Assembly (NCBI GenBank): GCA_049510055.1
Contig: JBEKZI010000002.1
Coordinates: 17,132-81,131, forward strand
Reading direction: 5' to 3'
From: Phycisphaerae bacterium
GTDB lineage: Bacteria > Planctomycetota > Phycisphaerae > SM23-33
DNA: 64,000 bases
Shown here: positions 49,699 through 60,088 of the stretch, piece by piece
How positions within the stretch are numbered: the first letter of the stretch is position 1
Layout: each line of letters begins with the position of its first letter
Made by a program: the position numbers and the translations under genes
The notes under the pieces: model-generated
Told to the model about the DNA's origin: nothing
What the model saw: only the letters and a program-made list of their open reading frames with translations
Database searches by the model: none

Positions 49699-51552
49699 TC
49701 AGGGCGCGACCTCCAGGCGCAGGAAGTCGTACATGATGGCCGCGCGGGGCAGCGAGAGGGGATCGTAGCCGGCGTCGGTCGGATTGGACTTGACCAGTTC
49801 CAGCGACAGCACGTTGCGGCCTTGCTTCAGCAGCGAGGCGTCGAACTCCACGGTCCACAGGCGGTATTGGCCGGCCAGAGTCGCGTCGCGGTACACGCTG
49901 CCGTCGTTGGAGAGCTTTTGGCGGCCGATCTCGGCGTCGTTGACGCGGACGACCAGTTCTGGCTCGCGCACCGCCCCGGCGATTCCAATCATCAGGACGG
50001 CCTTGCCGGTCTGAGCGGCCGGTGAGTCGAAAACCACCCGCCAGGTGGGGCAATGCCAGCTTCCGTCGGGCTTCTGGACGACGGGCTGGCAGTAGTTCCA
50101 GTCAGTTTTCTCGCGGCTGCGGCCGATGGTGAAGGTCACGTCGTCGGGGAAGTCCGCCAGGTACTTGTTCCACAGGCCGAACTGCCGCGGCAGGCCGCCG
50201 TAGCGGAATTCGCCGGCGGTGCGGTCGGGCGTGCCGATCTGCCACAGCGTCCGCCCGTGCGTCAGCGGCTGGAAGTCGATTTGCCCCAAGGCCACCGTCT
50301 TGCCGGCGTCCACGGAGACGCCGTCGCGGCGAAGCTCACCGGCCTGGCCGGGCACGAAGGCGTAGAGGGTGTACTGTCCCGGCCGGACGCTCTGGATTGT
50401 GAACGTCCCGTTGCCGGCGGTGCGCGTCCAAAAGATATAGCCCTTACCCTGGGTCTGCCAGTCGCCGTCTTTGTCGGCCAGGATTACGCGGGCGTCGGCC
50501 GCCGGCGTGCGGCCTTGGATCATCAGCCGCCCGGCCACCTGCCCGCGGTCGTGCGGATAGGCCGGGTGATCCATCCACGCGTACGGCCAGGCGGCCTGCT
50601 CCTGGCGGGCGCGGGCCTTGGCGTCTTCCCAAGCGGCCTGGGGCGTGGCGGCGCGGTTGAGATAGAGGAAGAACGGCCCGTAGAGCTTGGTCCACTCCGC
50701 CCCGGCTCCGGCAGGAAAGTCCATGGCCGTGCGGATGAGAAAATGTCCGGAGTGCAGCATCTTCAGCACGATGACGTCATCTTCGTGGACCTGGAGGTCC
50801 TGCTTGGTGGGTCCGCCGTTGAGGTACTCGTTGCTGGCGGAGATGACCCACACGCCGCCGGCCGGCCCGGCCACGCCGTGGACGTGATGGTTCTCCTCGA
50901 AGTCGGCCAGGTTGTACTTGGTGGCGATCCGCCCGCCGGGGAACATCACCGTCGCGTCGGTCACGGGCGTGAGCTTGGCGTTGGGGTCGGCCAGCTTTGG
51001 AAACTCGCCCTGCGTCTGATCGTTGACGAAGTAGTGGGTGAACAGGTCCCGCCGCAACTTCAGCACCAGCCGCGTCTGGCCCAGGCTGGCCCGGGGGGCG
51101 TCTGGACCGTGGCGATAGACGACAAAGCAGTACACGCCGCTGTCCCCCGGCCGCAGGATGTAGTGCAGCTCGGTGTCGAAGGGGAAAATCTCGTCGCCGG
51201 CGAAGGCAAAGGCGACCTCGATGAAGTCTTTGTCGTTGCGGACCAGGCGGTATTCGGGGTGCGTCATCCGCCGGGTGCCGGCCTTGCGCGGCGAGGGTTT
51301 GGGCCCGCCGCCGTTGGCGTCGAAGTAGATGGTCTTGCCCGTCGTCAGCACGTCCGGCCCGCCGACCAGGCGCCAGGAGAGAATCTGGCCGGTGGCCTTG
51401 TCGATGACCAGCGAGATTTGGCTGTTGGTAAGTTCCACGGTGTCGCTCGTTTCAAGGAGTGTCGGGTGGGGCAGGGGCGTCGTCGGCCTGGCCGCGGGGA
51501 TCGCCGTGGCCGCTAGGCAGGCGATCACGGTAGCGACGATCCAGCGATTCAT
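49699..51552 (-). CDS. rhamnogalacturonan lyase-like polysaccharide lyase (PL4-like; tentative)
   Basis: 617 aa. A signal peptide (MNRWIVATVIACLAATAIPAA) is followed by a beta-rich multi-domain architecture. Motifs resembling the PL4 RG-lyase central and C-terminal domains are present (GTFTIQSVRPGQYTLYAFVPG). Confidence 0.55.
   Translation of the reverse strand: MNRWIVATVIACLAATAIPAARPTTPLPHPTLLETSDTVELTNSQISLVIDKATGQILSWRLVGGPDVLTTGKTIYFDANGGGPKPSPRKAGTRRMTHPEYRLVRNDKDFIEVAFAFAGDEIFPFDTELHYILRPGDSGVYCFVVYRHGPDAPRASLGQTRLVLKLRRDLFTHYFVNDQTQGEFPKLADPNAKLTPVTDATVMFPGGRIATKYNLADFEENHHVHGVAGPAGGVWVISASNEYLNGGPTKQDLQVHEDDVIVLKMLHSGHFLIRTAMDFPAGAGAEWTKLYGPFFLYLNRAATPQAAWEDAKARARQEQAAWPYAWMDHPAYPHDRGQVAGRLMIQGRTPAADARVILADKDGDWQTQGKGYIFWTRTAGNGTFTIQSVRPGQYTLYAFVPGQAGELRRDGVSVDAGKTVALGQIDFQPLTHGRTLWQIGTPDRTAGEFRYGGLPRQFGLWNKYLADFPDDVTFTIGRSREKTDWNYCQPVVQKPDGSWHCPTWRVVFDSPAAQTGKAVLMIGIAGAVREPELVVRVNDAEIGRQKLSNDGSVYRDATLAGQYRLWTVEFDASLLKQGRNVLSLELVKSNPTDAGYDPLSLPRAAIMYDFLRLEVAP
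49713..49742. repeat. right copy of 30-bp perfect direct repeat (inside the 3' end of the rhamnogalacturonan lyase-like gene)
   Basis: Identical to 48620..48649. Confidence 0.85.
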
Positions 51553-51725
51553 GGGCGCTCTCCATTAGTTGTGAGGGGCGGCGGGGCTCCTGTCCCGCCG
51601 CCTGGAACGCTATTCGAGACGATTTTTGCGCGGTGGGACAGGAGCCCCACCGCGCCCCAGGATAATGTTGTGAAACCGATTTTCACGCCGCTAACCATTG
51701 TGCGCCTCGAGAGGGGGTTGCGGCA

Positions 51726-51772
51726 AAAAGAAAAGCTGCGAGCCTTGTGGGCGTCGCAGCTTTTTCTTTTTC
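51726..51772. terminator. bidirectional rho-independent terminator downstream of the 16S rRNA gene
   Basis: AAAAAGAAAA-GCTGCGAGCC-ttgtg-GGCGTCGCAGC-TTTTTCTTTTT: a GC-rich hairpin flanked by an A-run on one side and a T-run on the other. Confidence 0.6.
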
Positions 51773-51909
51773 AGAAAAAGTTCACAGTGTGCCGTCGTTG
51801 GCTCGGCGTCGCCGCCGAATTGTCCGTAGACCGCGAGGTCTGGCGGACGAGGTTGTGCTGACTATTTGAATCGCCCAGATCGCTCTGAAGCGAAGCCTAG
51901 ATGATCCTC

Positions 51910-53471
<1,562 letters not shown>

Positions 53472-54265
53472 ATATCGTTTGAATCCCCACGAGGGGGCTT
53501 CGTGCGATAGAAGACTTTGAATCTGGTGGCCGGGCCGTTTTAGGGGTGGCCCGGCCGGTCTTGACCCCTCGGCGAACCGAAGGATCAAGGCTGTAACTCA
53601 AAACTCTGGATTCCTTATGTAGGCAATCACGAGGAGTTTCGAGCCGCCGGGTCTCTCGCAAGCGGACCCGGCATGGATCGTTTGTCCCGTCCCGGTGGAC
53701 GGGCCACACCCTCGTGACGGCATCACTGTTCACTTTTGAAAAAGCAGTTTTTCGTTCCGCCCCGTACCGCAGCCGGCCTAAGCGCCGGCCCGACGTCCAA
53801 TGGGAGGGGCGATTGTATCGCCCGCACCGCACCGGTCAAGAACAATAATTTCAGAAAAACAGAAACAAAAATACAAAACGCAAAAACCCCTCGCGGACCC
53901 TCAACGGCCCACGGCGATTTGCTCAGGATTGCCGCCTTCTCAGCGGCCTGGCTCGACTTGCAACCCTTTTATCGTCCGTCGTCTGTCACACCCCAGGCCG
54001 TTCGCCCAGCCAGTAGATGATGTCGGCCATCAAGCTAAATCACTATAGCAGCCCGGCGAGGGTAAGTCAAGCAAACCGGCCCACGGCCGAGACGAAAGAA
54101 ACAGCCAAGAGCGACACAGAGGCGCAGAGACGCGGAGGAATTTAAAGGCGAAAACTTTCTTAGGGTATTCTCTGCGCCTCTGTGCTTGCCTGCCGGTAGG
54201 CAGGTCGAAAAGGTGTTGTCGTCGCGAGTTGGGGGGCAGTGGAGGATGGCGGCGCGAGGGGGGCC

Positions 54266-55114
54266 TTACGTTCCGCTTTTTCCCTTGGAGCCTTTTTTCT
54301 TCGGCAGTCCCTCGATGATCAGCCGCAGGATGGCGTTGGCGGCGCCGTCGGCGTCGTGGTGGGCGGTCACGTAGTCCGCCACGGCCAGGACGCCGGGCGT
54401 GGCGTTGCCCATCGCGACGGCGATGCCCGCCCACTGGAGCATGTCCACGTCGTTGTCGTTGTCGCCGATGGCCATCACTTCGTGGCTGGCCACGCCCAGT
54501 TCCCCGGCCACGGCACGCAGGGCTTTGGCCTTGGAGACCGTCGCGTGGCAGATCTGGAGCAGGTGGTCCTCGGTCATCATCACGTTGACCTGCTGGGGAT
54601 GCGCCTGGACGATCGCGCGGCCCACCTTCAGCAGCGGTTCCGGCTGGCCCAGCAGCAGCAGCTTGGTCACCGGCACGGTCAGCCAATCGTCCACCGGAGC
54701 GATGACGTCGGGGTTAAACACCTTGCCCGTCTCGGTCAGAAAGGCCGGGTCCAGGCGGTCGGTGCACCAGCGGTCGAGGATCTCCGCCGAGACGAGCACC
54801 TGCGGATATTCTTTCCGCGCCAAGGTCACGATGTCGCGGGCGATGTCGATGGCGATGGGGAGGTGCAGGATCACGGTGCCGGAGGGCGGGTCCAGCACCA
54901 AGGCCCCGTTGTAGCAGATCATGGGCGTGTCCAGGTCCAGCAGATTGTAGAAGGGCATCACGCTCCGCGGCGGTCTGGCCGAGGCCAGCACGACGTGCAC
55001 GCCGGCCTCCTGCCGCGCTCGCCTCAGGATGGCCGCGGTGGTCACGGTCACCTGCTTGGCGGAGTTCAGCAGCGTGCCGTCCAGGTCTATGGCGACCATG
55101 TGGATCTTGCTCAT
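54266..55114 (-). CDS. Cof-type HAD-IIB family hydrolase
   Basis: HAD motifs (DLDGTLL; GDNDNDVDML) with a Cof-like cap. Length is 282 aa. Confidence 0.9.
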   Translation of the reverse strand: MSKIHMVAIDLDGTLLNSAKQVTVTTAAILRRARQEAGVHVVLASARPPRSVMPFYNLLDLDTPMICYNGALVLDPPSGTVILHLPIAIDIARDIVTLARKEYPQVLVSAEILDRWCTDRLDPAFLTETGKVFNPDVIAPVDDWLTVPVTKLLLLGQPEPLLKVGRAIVQAHPQQVNVMMTEDHLLQICHATVSKAKALRAVAGELGVASHEVMAIGDNDNDVDMLQWAGIAVAMGNATPGVLAVADYVTAHHDADGAANAILRLIIEGLPKKKGSKGKSGT

Positions 55115-55352
55115 GGGGCGTTCCTCGGCCAGACCATCATAATCGCGGGGGACCCGATAGTGAACCTCCCTGCCGGCGCCTGCTTGCCGATAGGCCGCAG
55201 GGGCTTGTCGCGGCCGTAGTTACGGCCTGCGCGGAGGAGAGAATTTTCCGCACATGCATCTCTAACCTTCATAGTGGGTTATAACGGCAAATTTCAGCCG
55301 CTTCTTTTGGTCGAAAAAATGCAATTTTTGCGGGATTCGTCTGTTTTTATCC

Positions 55353-55382
55353 TTGACGTTTTGGGGCCTTGGAGGTTAGAAT
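55353..55382 (+). promoter_or_regulatory. sigma70-like promoter (TTGACG-N18-TAGAAT) for PEP-CTERM paralog 1, giving a leader of about 260 nt
   Basis: Hexamers read directly from the sequence. The leader contains the hairpin GTCTC-TTAGGAG-GAGAC, with GGA in its loop. Confidence 0.45.
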
Positions 55383-55644
55383 GCAAATCATGTAGCGTAC
55401 CAGTGTTTGAGGAGACGCGGTACGCAAGCCAACAAGTCTCTTAGGAGGAGACTAAACGGCACCCGGATCGGTGATGATTTTGGGTTGGCCGCATCGGCAC
55501 ATAACGCTCAAGACAAGCGAGTGCCGCCGCTGATGAGAATCTACACGAAAAACAAGCATGAGTGTGCTTTGCGTGTAGTCACTCCGCAAAACGTAAGGTA
55601 GGGATCAACCCCCCCTAAAGCGAGAGAAGAAGGAGAGAGGCATT

Positions 55645-56391
55645 ATGAAGAAGTTAGTGGTAGCGAGTTTGGTTCTTGGATTATGTGTGGTGGCCGCGCA
55701 GGCCGGTCCGATTACGAGGACCATCAGCTACGTCGGCACCTATACGGTCACAGGCGACACCGGCACTGCCAACGTCAGCGTGTATAACATCACGGAGTAT
55801 AGCACCGCTCCCAACACGACGTTCCAGACTGTCGTGGACATGACGTTTGGAACGGCTGCGGGCCAGGGCGGTCAAAACCCGTTCCAGGCTGCCTATACCA
55901 CCAAGACAAAGGTGGGCGGCGTCTGGACGTATCCGGTGAACTTGACCCCCACGGAAGACTCTGACTCGTACTGGGATCCGAACGACGGGAGCCACATCTA
56001 CCAGTCCGATTCCCGGTTTATGCCCTCCAGTGCCAATCCCAGCGACCCGTGCGGCGGCATCGAGAACTGGCTGGCCATCCAAGCCCCGACCGAGACGAAC
56101 GATCGGTCTATCGATCCGAACAACGCCGTGTCCGATGACATTGTTCTGGGCAAGGGCGGCCTGAGCACGATCTCCGCGATTCCGGTGCCGATGCAGAGCG
56201 GCTCTTTGCAACTGCTCGTTGCCAGGATCGGCGTCGTGGCGGGAGACACGGTGTGGGGCCTGGACCAGTCGGCGTACTATGACGGCATCGCCGACAGGTC
56301 GCTCAATGAAACGTTTATAGTCCCTGAACCGGCGACGCTGGCATTGCTGGGACTGGGCGCTGTGGCCCTGATTCGTCGTCGCAGAGGCTAG
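55645..56391 (+). CDS. PEP-CTERM sorting-domain protein, paralog family A (copy 1)
   Basis: Signal peptide MKKLVVASLVLGLCVVAAQA. Conserved core includes DPCGGIENWLAIQAPTETND. C-terminus is VPEPATLALLGLGAVALIRRRRG. Confidence 0.85.
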   Translation: MKKLVVASLVLGLCVVAAQAGPITRTISYVGTYTVTGDTGTANVSVYNITEYSTAPNTTFQTVVDMTFGTAAGQGGQNPFQAAYTTKTKVGGVWTYPVNLTPTEDSDSYWDPNDGSHIYQSDSRFMPSSANPSDPCGGIENWLAIQAPTETNDRSIDPNNAVSDDIVLGKGGLSTISAIPVPMQSGSLQLLVARIGVVAGDTVWGLDQSAYYDGIADRSLNETFIVPEPATLALLGLGAVALIRRRRG

Positions 56392-56447
56392 CCGCAAGCC
56401 GCCAATAGATTCAAGAACCTGACTCTAGCAGCAGTGGGGTTGACCCC

Positions 56448-56483
56448 CTAAGGGCCTCGGTTATGCCGAGGCCCTTAGCTTTT
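56448..56483 (+). terminator. rho-independent terminator
   Basis: TAAGGGCCTCGG-ttatg-CCGAGGCCCTTA followed by GCTTTT. Confidence 0.6.
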
Positions 56484-56638
56484 CCAGGTGTTTATTCTCA
56501 AGACATTTCTATCCGCAACACTAGCTTTGAAAAGCAGTTGCGCTTGCATGGCTTGATGATCCGAAGTCGGGCCTGTGCCTCCAGTTTTGCAAGGCGGTGA
56601 CATTCCTGTGAAATTGAGGGGGGATGTCCGTTTTGTTC

Positions 56639-56667
56639 TTGACAACCCGGCCGTTTGCCTATAGTAT
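56639..56667 (+). promoter_or_regulatory. sigma70-like promoter (TTGACA-N17-TAGTAT) for paralog 2, giving a leader of about 190 nt rich in GGAGC motifs
   Basis: Near-consensus hexamers. The leader contains at least 7 GGA motifs (CGGAGCAGGAGCCGACGGAGCAC, UUGGAGCG, AUGGAGCC, AAGGAGCG, AGGGAGCA, plus the SD GAAGGAGAUA). Confidence 0.5.
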
Positions 56668-56859
56668 CCCTAATGTAGTGTCCGAACGGAGCAGGAGCCG
56701 ACGGAGCACCTCTCCTGAGCTTAAGTTGGAGCGTTTTCCCTAACTGTTGCATGGAGCCGTTGTTAAGCCTAAGGAGCGCCCCTTTAACAATGAAGGCAAG
56801 GACTATTTTTCCCTCGTAAGGCAGGGAGCAACCCCCCTAATGTGATGAAGGAGATAGGT

Positions 56860-57600
56860 ATGAAAAGGATGCTAGTAGCGAGTTTGGTTCTTGGACTATG
56901 TGCCGTGGTGGCACACGCTGGCCTTGTTATAACGGTTACCAAGGTCGGCAGCGCACTGACGGTCCAGGGTGATCAAGGCTCTGCCGTCGTTGATGTGTAT
57001 GACATCACGATATCGAGCCCCAATGCCAATACGTTCGAGACCACCGTGGACATGACGATCGGAGCAGCCACGGGCAAGGGTAGCGATCCGTTCCAGGCTG
57101 CCTATACCACCAAGACGAAGGTGGGCGGCAAGTGGACGTATCCGATTAACCTGACCCCGTCGGAAGACTCTGATTCGTACTGGGATCCGTGCGATGGCAG
57201 CAACATCTACCAGGCCGATTCTCGGTTCCTTCCCTCCGCCGCGGATGCCAATGATCCGTGCGGCGGCATCGAGAACTGGCTGGCCATCCAAGCCCCGACT
57301 GAGACGAACGATAAGTCTATCGATCCCAATCGGGCCATTGCCGATGACATTGTTCTAGGCAAGGGCGGTCTGAGCACGATCTCCGCGATTCCGGTGCCGA
57401 TGCAGAGTCCTTCTCTGCAACTGGCGGCTGTCCGGGTCGGCGTTGTTCAAGGCACGCAGGTTTGGTGCCTGGACCAGTGCGCGTGGTATGACGGCGTGGC
57501 AGACCAGAGCGACAACGTTACCTTTATGATTCCCGAGCCGGCAACGCTGTCTATGCTGTGCCTGGGCGCTTTGGCCCTGATTCGTCGTCGTAGGAGCTAG
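56860..57600 (+). CDS. PEP-CTERM sorting-domain protein, paralog family A (copy 2)
   Basis: MKRMLVASLVLGLCAVVAHA...IPEPATLSMLCLGALALIRRRRS. It is about 75-85% identical to copy 1 over the core. Confidence 0.85.
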   Translation: MKRMLVASLVLGLCAVVAHAGLVITVTKVGSALTVQGDQGSAVVDVYDITISSPNANTFETTVDMTIGAATGKGSDPFQAAYTTKTKVGGKWTYPINLTPSEDSDSYWDPCDGSNIYQADSRFLPSAADANDPCGGIENWLAIQAPTETNDKSIDPNRAIADDIVLGKGGLSTISAIPVPMQSPSLQLAAVRVGVVQGTQVWCLDQCAWYDGVADQSDNVTFMIPEPATLSMLCLGALALIRRRRS

Positions 57601-57668
57601 CCACAAGGCTATAGATTCGAGAGCCTACTCACAGAATGCATCTACATGATCGTGGGGTTGTACCCTTT

Positions 57669-57702
57669 AGGGCCTCGGCAAAACCGAGGCCCTTGTTTTT
57701 TT
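57669..57702 (+). terminator. rho-independent terminator
   Basis: AGGGCCTCGGC-aaaa-CCGAGGCCCT followed by TGTTTTTTT. The stem sequence is shared with the terminator at 56448. Confidence 0.65.
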
Positions 57703-57748
57703 GCGAGGGGCGTGGCCGGGAGACGGTGCCATCGCAGCAGGGGGGAAA

Positions 57749-58069
57749 TTAGAAGTGCAGGGCCAGAGGTTGGGTGAACTGCACGGCCAGGCCCACGGTC
57801 GCCCCGTCCAGCTCCTCCATGCGGGTGATGCATCCGCTGCCGCGCACGGCCCCATCGCGGCTGGAGTGCCCTCCTCCGGCTGGGACGGCCAGGATGAAGT
57901 CCAGCGGGCTGCCCGCGGGGGGCGCCTCGGCGGCCGGAATGCGAAGGTACATGCCTCCCGAGGAGACGTTGCCCGTGACCCAGGGGCCTGAGGAGGGAAG
58001 CCGGCCGGCGCCCGAAACGGACCAGTGCAGGGGCAACCGCCGATGTTGGCGGCGTTCGGTGTTTGCCAT
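57749..58069 (-). CDS. PilZ domain protein (putative c-di-GMP receptor)
   Basis: 106 aa. The ATG at 58069 is preceded by a GGAGAG SD. PilZ signature motifs RRQHRR (RxxxR) and NVSSGG (D/NxSxGG) are present. Confidence 0.6.
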   Translation of the reverse strand: MANTERRQHRRLPLHWSVSGAGRLPSSGPWVTGNVSSGGMYLRIPAAEAPPAGSPLDFILAVPAGGGHSSRDGAVRGSGCITRMEELDGATVGLAVQFTQPLALHF

Positions 58070-58288
58070 GGCGATCTCTCCTTGGGACGAGCAGCCTCGG
58101 CCACAGTCAGCCGATAGGAAGGATAGCACCCTACCCCTGCCGGAGGCAAGGGCCTCCTATAAGCAAGGCATTCCGGAGAAAGTGGGGGAGTTTTCCTGAA
58201 TTTCTTCCCAGTTCCCTCAGGCGTGCTTGGCGAAACGGCTGTTTTGGGGTATACTGTAACCCCAAGGCGTAAGGAGGATGGGCCGGAG

Positions 58289-59185
58289 GTGGACGGCGTG
58301 CGGAGGTGGACGCAAATAGTTTGTCTTGTCGTTTTGACGGCGTCCCCGGCGTGGGCGGCGACGCTGACGTTGACGTTGGCTCAGCCGACGCTCGGGCAAT
58401 GGGAGGTCTTCGGCCAGCTCAGCAACAATACCGACAACGACGGCCTGTCCAGCCTCATCATCAATGTCCAGGCTGTCGGCGGTGACGTGGGCGTCAGCTC
58501 CTCCCTGAACGATTTGCCCCACGGCACGCACTACTATTTGCTGGACGGCAATGTGCAGTCGCAGCTCGTCGGCTTTACCGAGTTCCGCAGCGACGGCAAC
58601 AGCGGCATCGGCATCTGCGCCGGCCAAAAGACGACCTCTCTGGGACAGGTGGTGCTGACGGACGTGGGCTACTCCGCCGGCAGCACGCCCGGCGACCAAA
58701 CCGGCCTGGGGCTGGGACCGACGCAGATCTCCTGGTCCGCCCCCCTCCTGATCGCCAGCGGCTCCTACAGCGGGACGTATGGCACGTTGTCGGTGGCGGT
58801 GGGGGCGGGGCAGGTCAACGTGCTGAACGAAGGCCGCAACCCCGCTCAGACCGGCGGCGTGCACAAGATCGAGAGCGTCGTGAGCGGCTCACTTCGAATT
58901 TACCACGTCGGCGACGCCACGGGCGATGACAAGGTCGACAGCAACGACTTTGGCGCGCTAGCCAGAAACTGGCTGCAAAGCGGCAAGACCTGGGCCGACG
59001 GCGACTTCAACGGCGATGGCGTCGTGGACGGCACGGACTTCGGCGCGTTGGCCCGCAACTGGGGCTGGTCGGCGTCGGCCTCCATGTCCAGCGCGACGGC
59101 GGCTACGCTCCCCGAACCGGCCACGCTGGCCTTCCTGGGCCTGGGCGCCATGACGCTGCTCGTCCGCGGCCGGCGCAGCCGCTGA
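58289..59185 (+). CDS. PEP-CTERM protein with dockerin-like repeats (paralog of 44219..44920)
   Basis: A GTG start at 58289 lies 12 nt after an AAGGAGG SD. Signal peptide is VRRWTQIVCLVVLTASPAWA. Repeats are DSNDFGALARNWLQSGKTWADGDFNGDGVVDGTDFGALARNW. C-terminus is LPEPATLAFLGLGAMTLLVRGRRSR. Confidence 0.75.
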   Translation: MDGVRRWTQIVCLVVLTASPAWAATLTLTLAQPTLGQWEVFGQLSNNTDNDGLSSLIINVQAVGGDVGVSSSLNDLPHGTHYYLLDGNVQSQLVGFTEFRSDGNSGIGICAGQKTTSLGQVVLTDVGYSAGSTPGDQTGLGLGPTQISWSAPLLIASGSYSGTYGTLSVAVGAGQVNVLNEGRNPAQTGGVHKIESVVSGSLRIYHVGDATGDDKVDSNDFGALARNWLQSGKTWADGDFNGDGVVDGTDFGALARNWGWSASASMSSATAATLPEPATLAFLGLGAMTLLVRGRRSR

Positions 59186-59338
59186 AAATCAGCCCACCCG
59201 CTTATCCTCCTCCCCCCAAAAATACATCACACGCAAGTGCTTTTGAGCTTGATTTTTAGGTGCTTTAGTGATATAGCATCCTTCATCTAAGGGCGTGGAG
59301 CGCACACCTGAACGCCAAAGGAAGGAAGGGGTTGTCTC

Positions 59339-60088
59339 ATGAAAAGAATCCTTATTATCAGTTTAGTTCTTGGGTTATGCGATGCGGCGTCGCAGGCCGG
59401 TCTGGTTATAACGGTCGATAAGGTCGGCACCTATACGGTTACGGGCGATACCGGCTCGGCCCTCGTGGATGTGTATGACATAATCATGTCGAGCCCCAAT
59501 GCCAACACGTTCCAGACGACCGTGGACATAACGTTTGGGACGGCTGCGGGGTATGGCGGTCAAAACCCGTTCCAGGCTGCCTATACCACTAAGACGAAGG
59601 TGGGCGGCAAGTGGACGTATCCGGTGAACCTGACCCCCTCGGAAGATGCCGACGGGTATTGGGATCCGTGTGACGGCAGCAACATCTACCAGGCCGATTC
59701 TCGGTTCCTGCCCTCCAGCGCCGACGCCAACGATCCCTGCGGCGGCATCGAGAACTGGCTGGCCATCCAAGCCCCGACCGAGACAAACGATGGGTCCATC
59801 GATCCGAACAACGCCGTGGCCGATGACATTGTCCTTGGCAGGGGCAGCCTGAGCACGATCTCCGCGATTCCGGTGAAAATGCAGAGTCCCAATCTTGTGC
59901 TGCCAGTTGCCAGGATCGGTATCGTGCGGGGAGACGTGGTCTATGTCAAAGACGAATGTGCTTACTATGACGGCATCGCAGACCGGTCCGATATTCCGGG
60001 GTTTGTCTATGCTCCTGAACCGGCCACGCTGACCTTCCTGGGCCTGGGCGCCGTGACGCTGCTGGCCCGCCGCCGGCACGGCCGCTGA
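59339..60088 (+). CDS. PEP-CTERM sorting-domain protein, paralog family A (copy 3)
   Basis: MKRILIISLVLGLCDAASQA...APEPATLTFLGLGAVTLLARRRHGR. Confidence 0.85.
   Translation: MKRILIISLVLGLCDAASQAGLVITVDKVGTYTVTGDTGSALVDVYDIIMSSPNANTFQTTVDITFGTAAGYGGQNPFQAAYTTKTKVGGKWTYPVNLTPSEDADGYWDPCDGSNIYQADSRFLPSSADANDPCGGIENWLAIQAPTETNDGSIDPNNAVADDIVLGRGSLSTISAIPVKMQSPNLVLPVARIGIVRGDVVYVKDECAYYDGIADRSDIPGFVYAPEPATLTFLGLGAVTLLARRRHGR

Noticed and set aside
54030-54686. 218-aa minus ORF and 326-aa plus ORF (54239..55219) around the HAD hydrolase gene
   Set aside because: These are alternative-frame or antisense shadows. The 54266..55114 minus frame has clear HAD/Cof motifs.
55407-55601. 64-aa ORF inside the leader of PEP-CTERM paralog 1
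   Set aside because: No SD and a basic low-complexity product. It lies wholly within a probable 5' UTR containing GGA hairpins, so a non-coding role is more likely.
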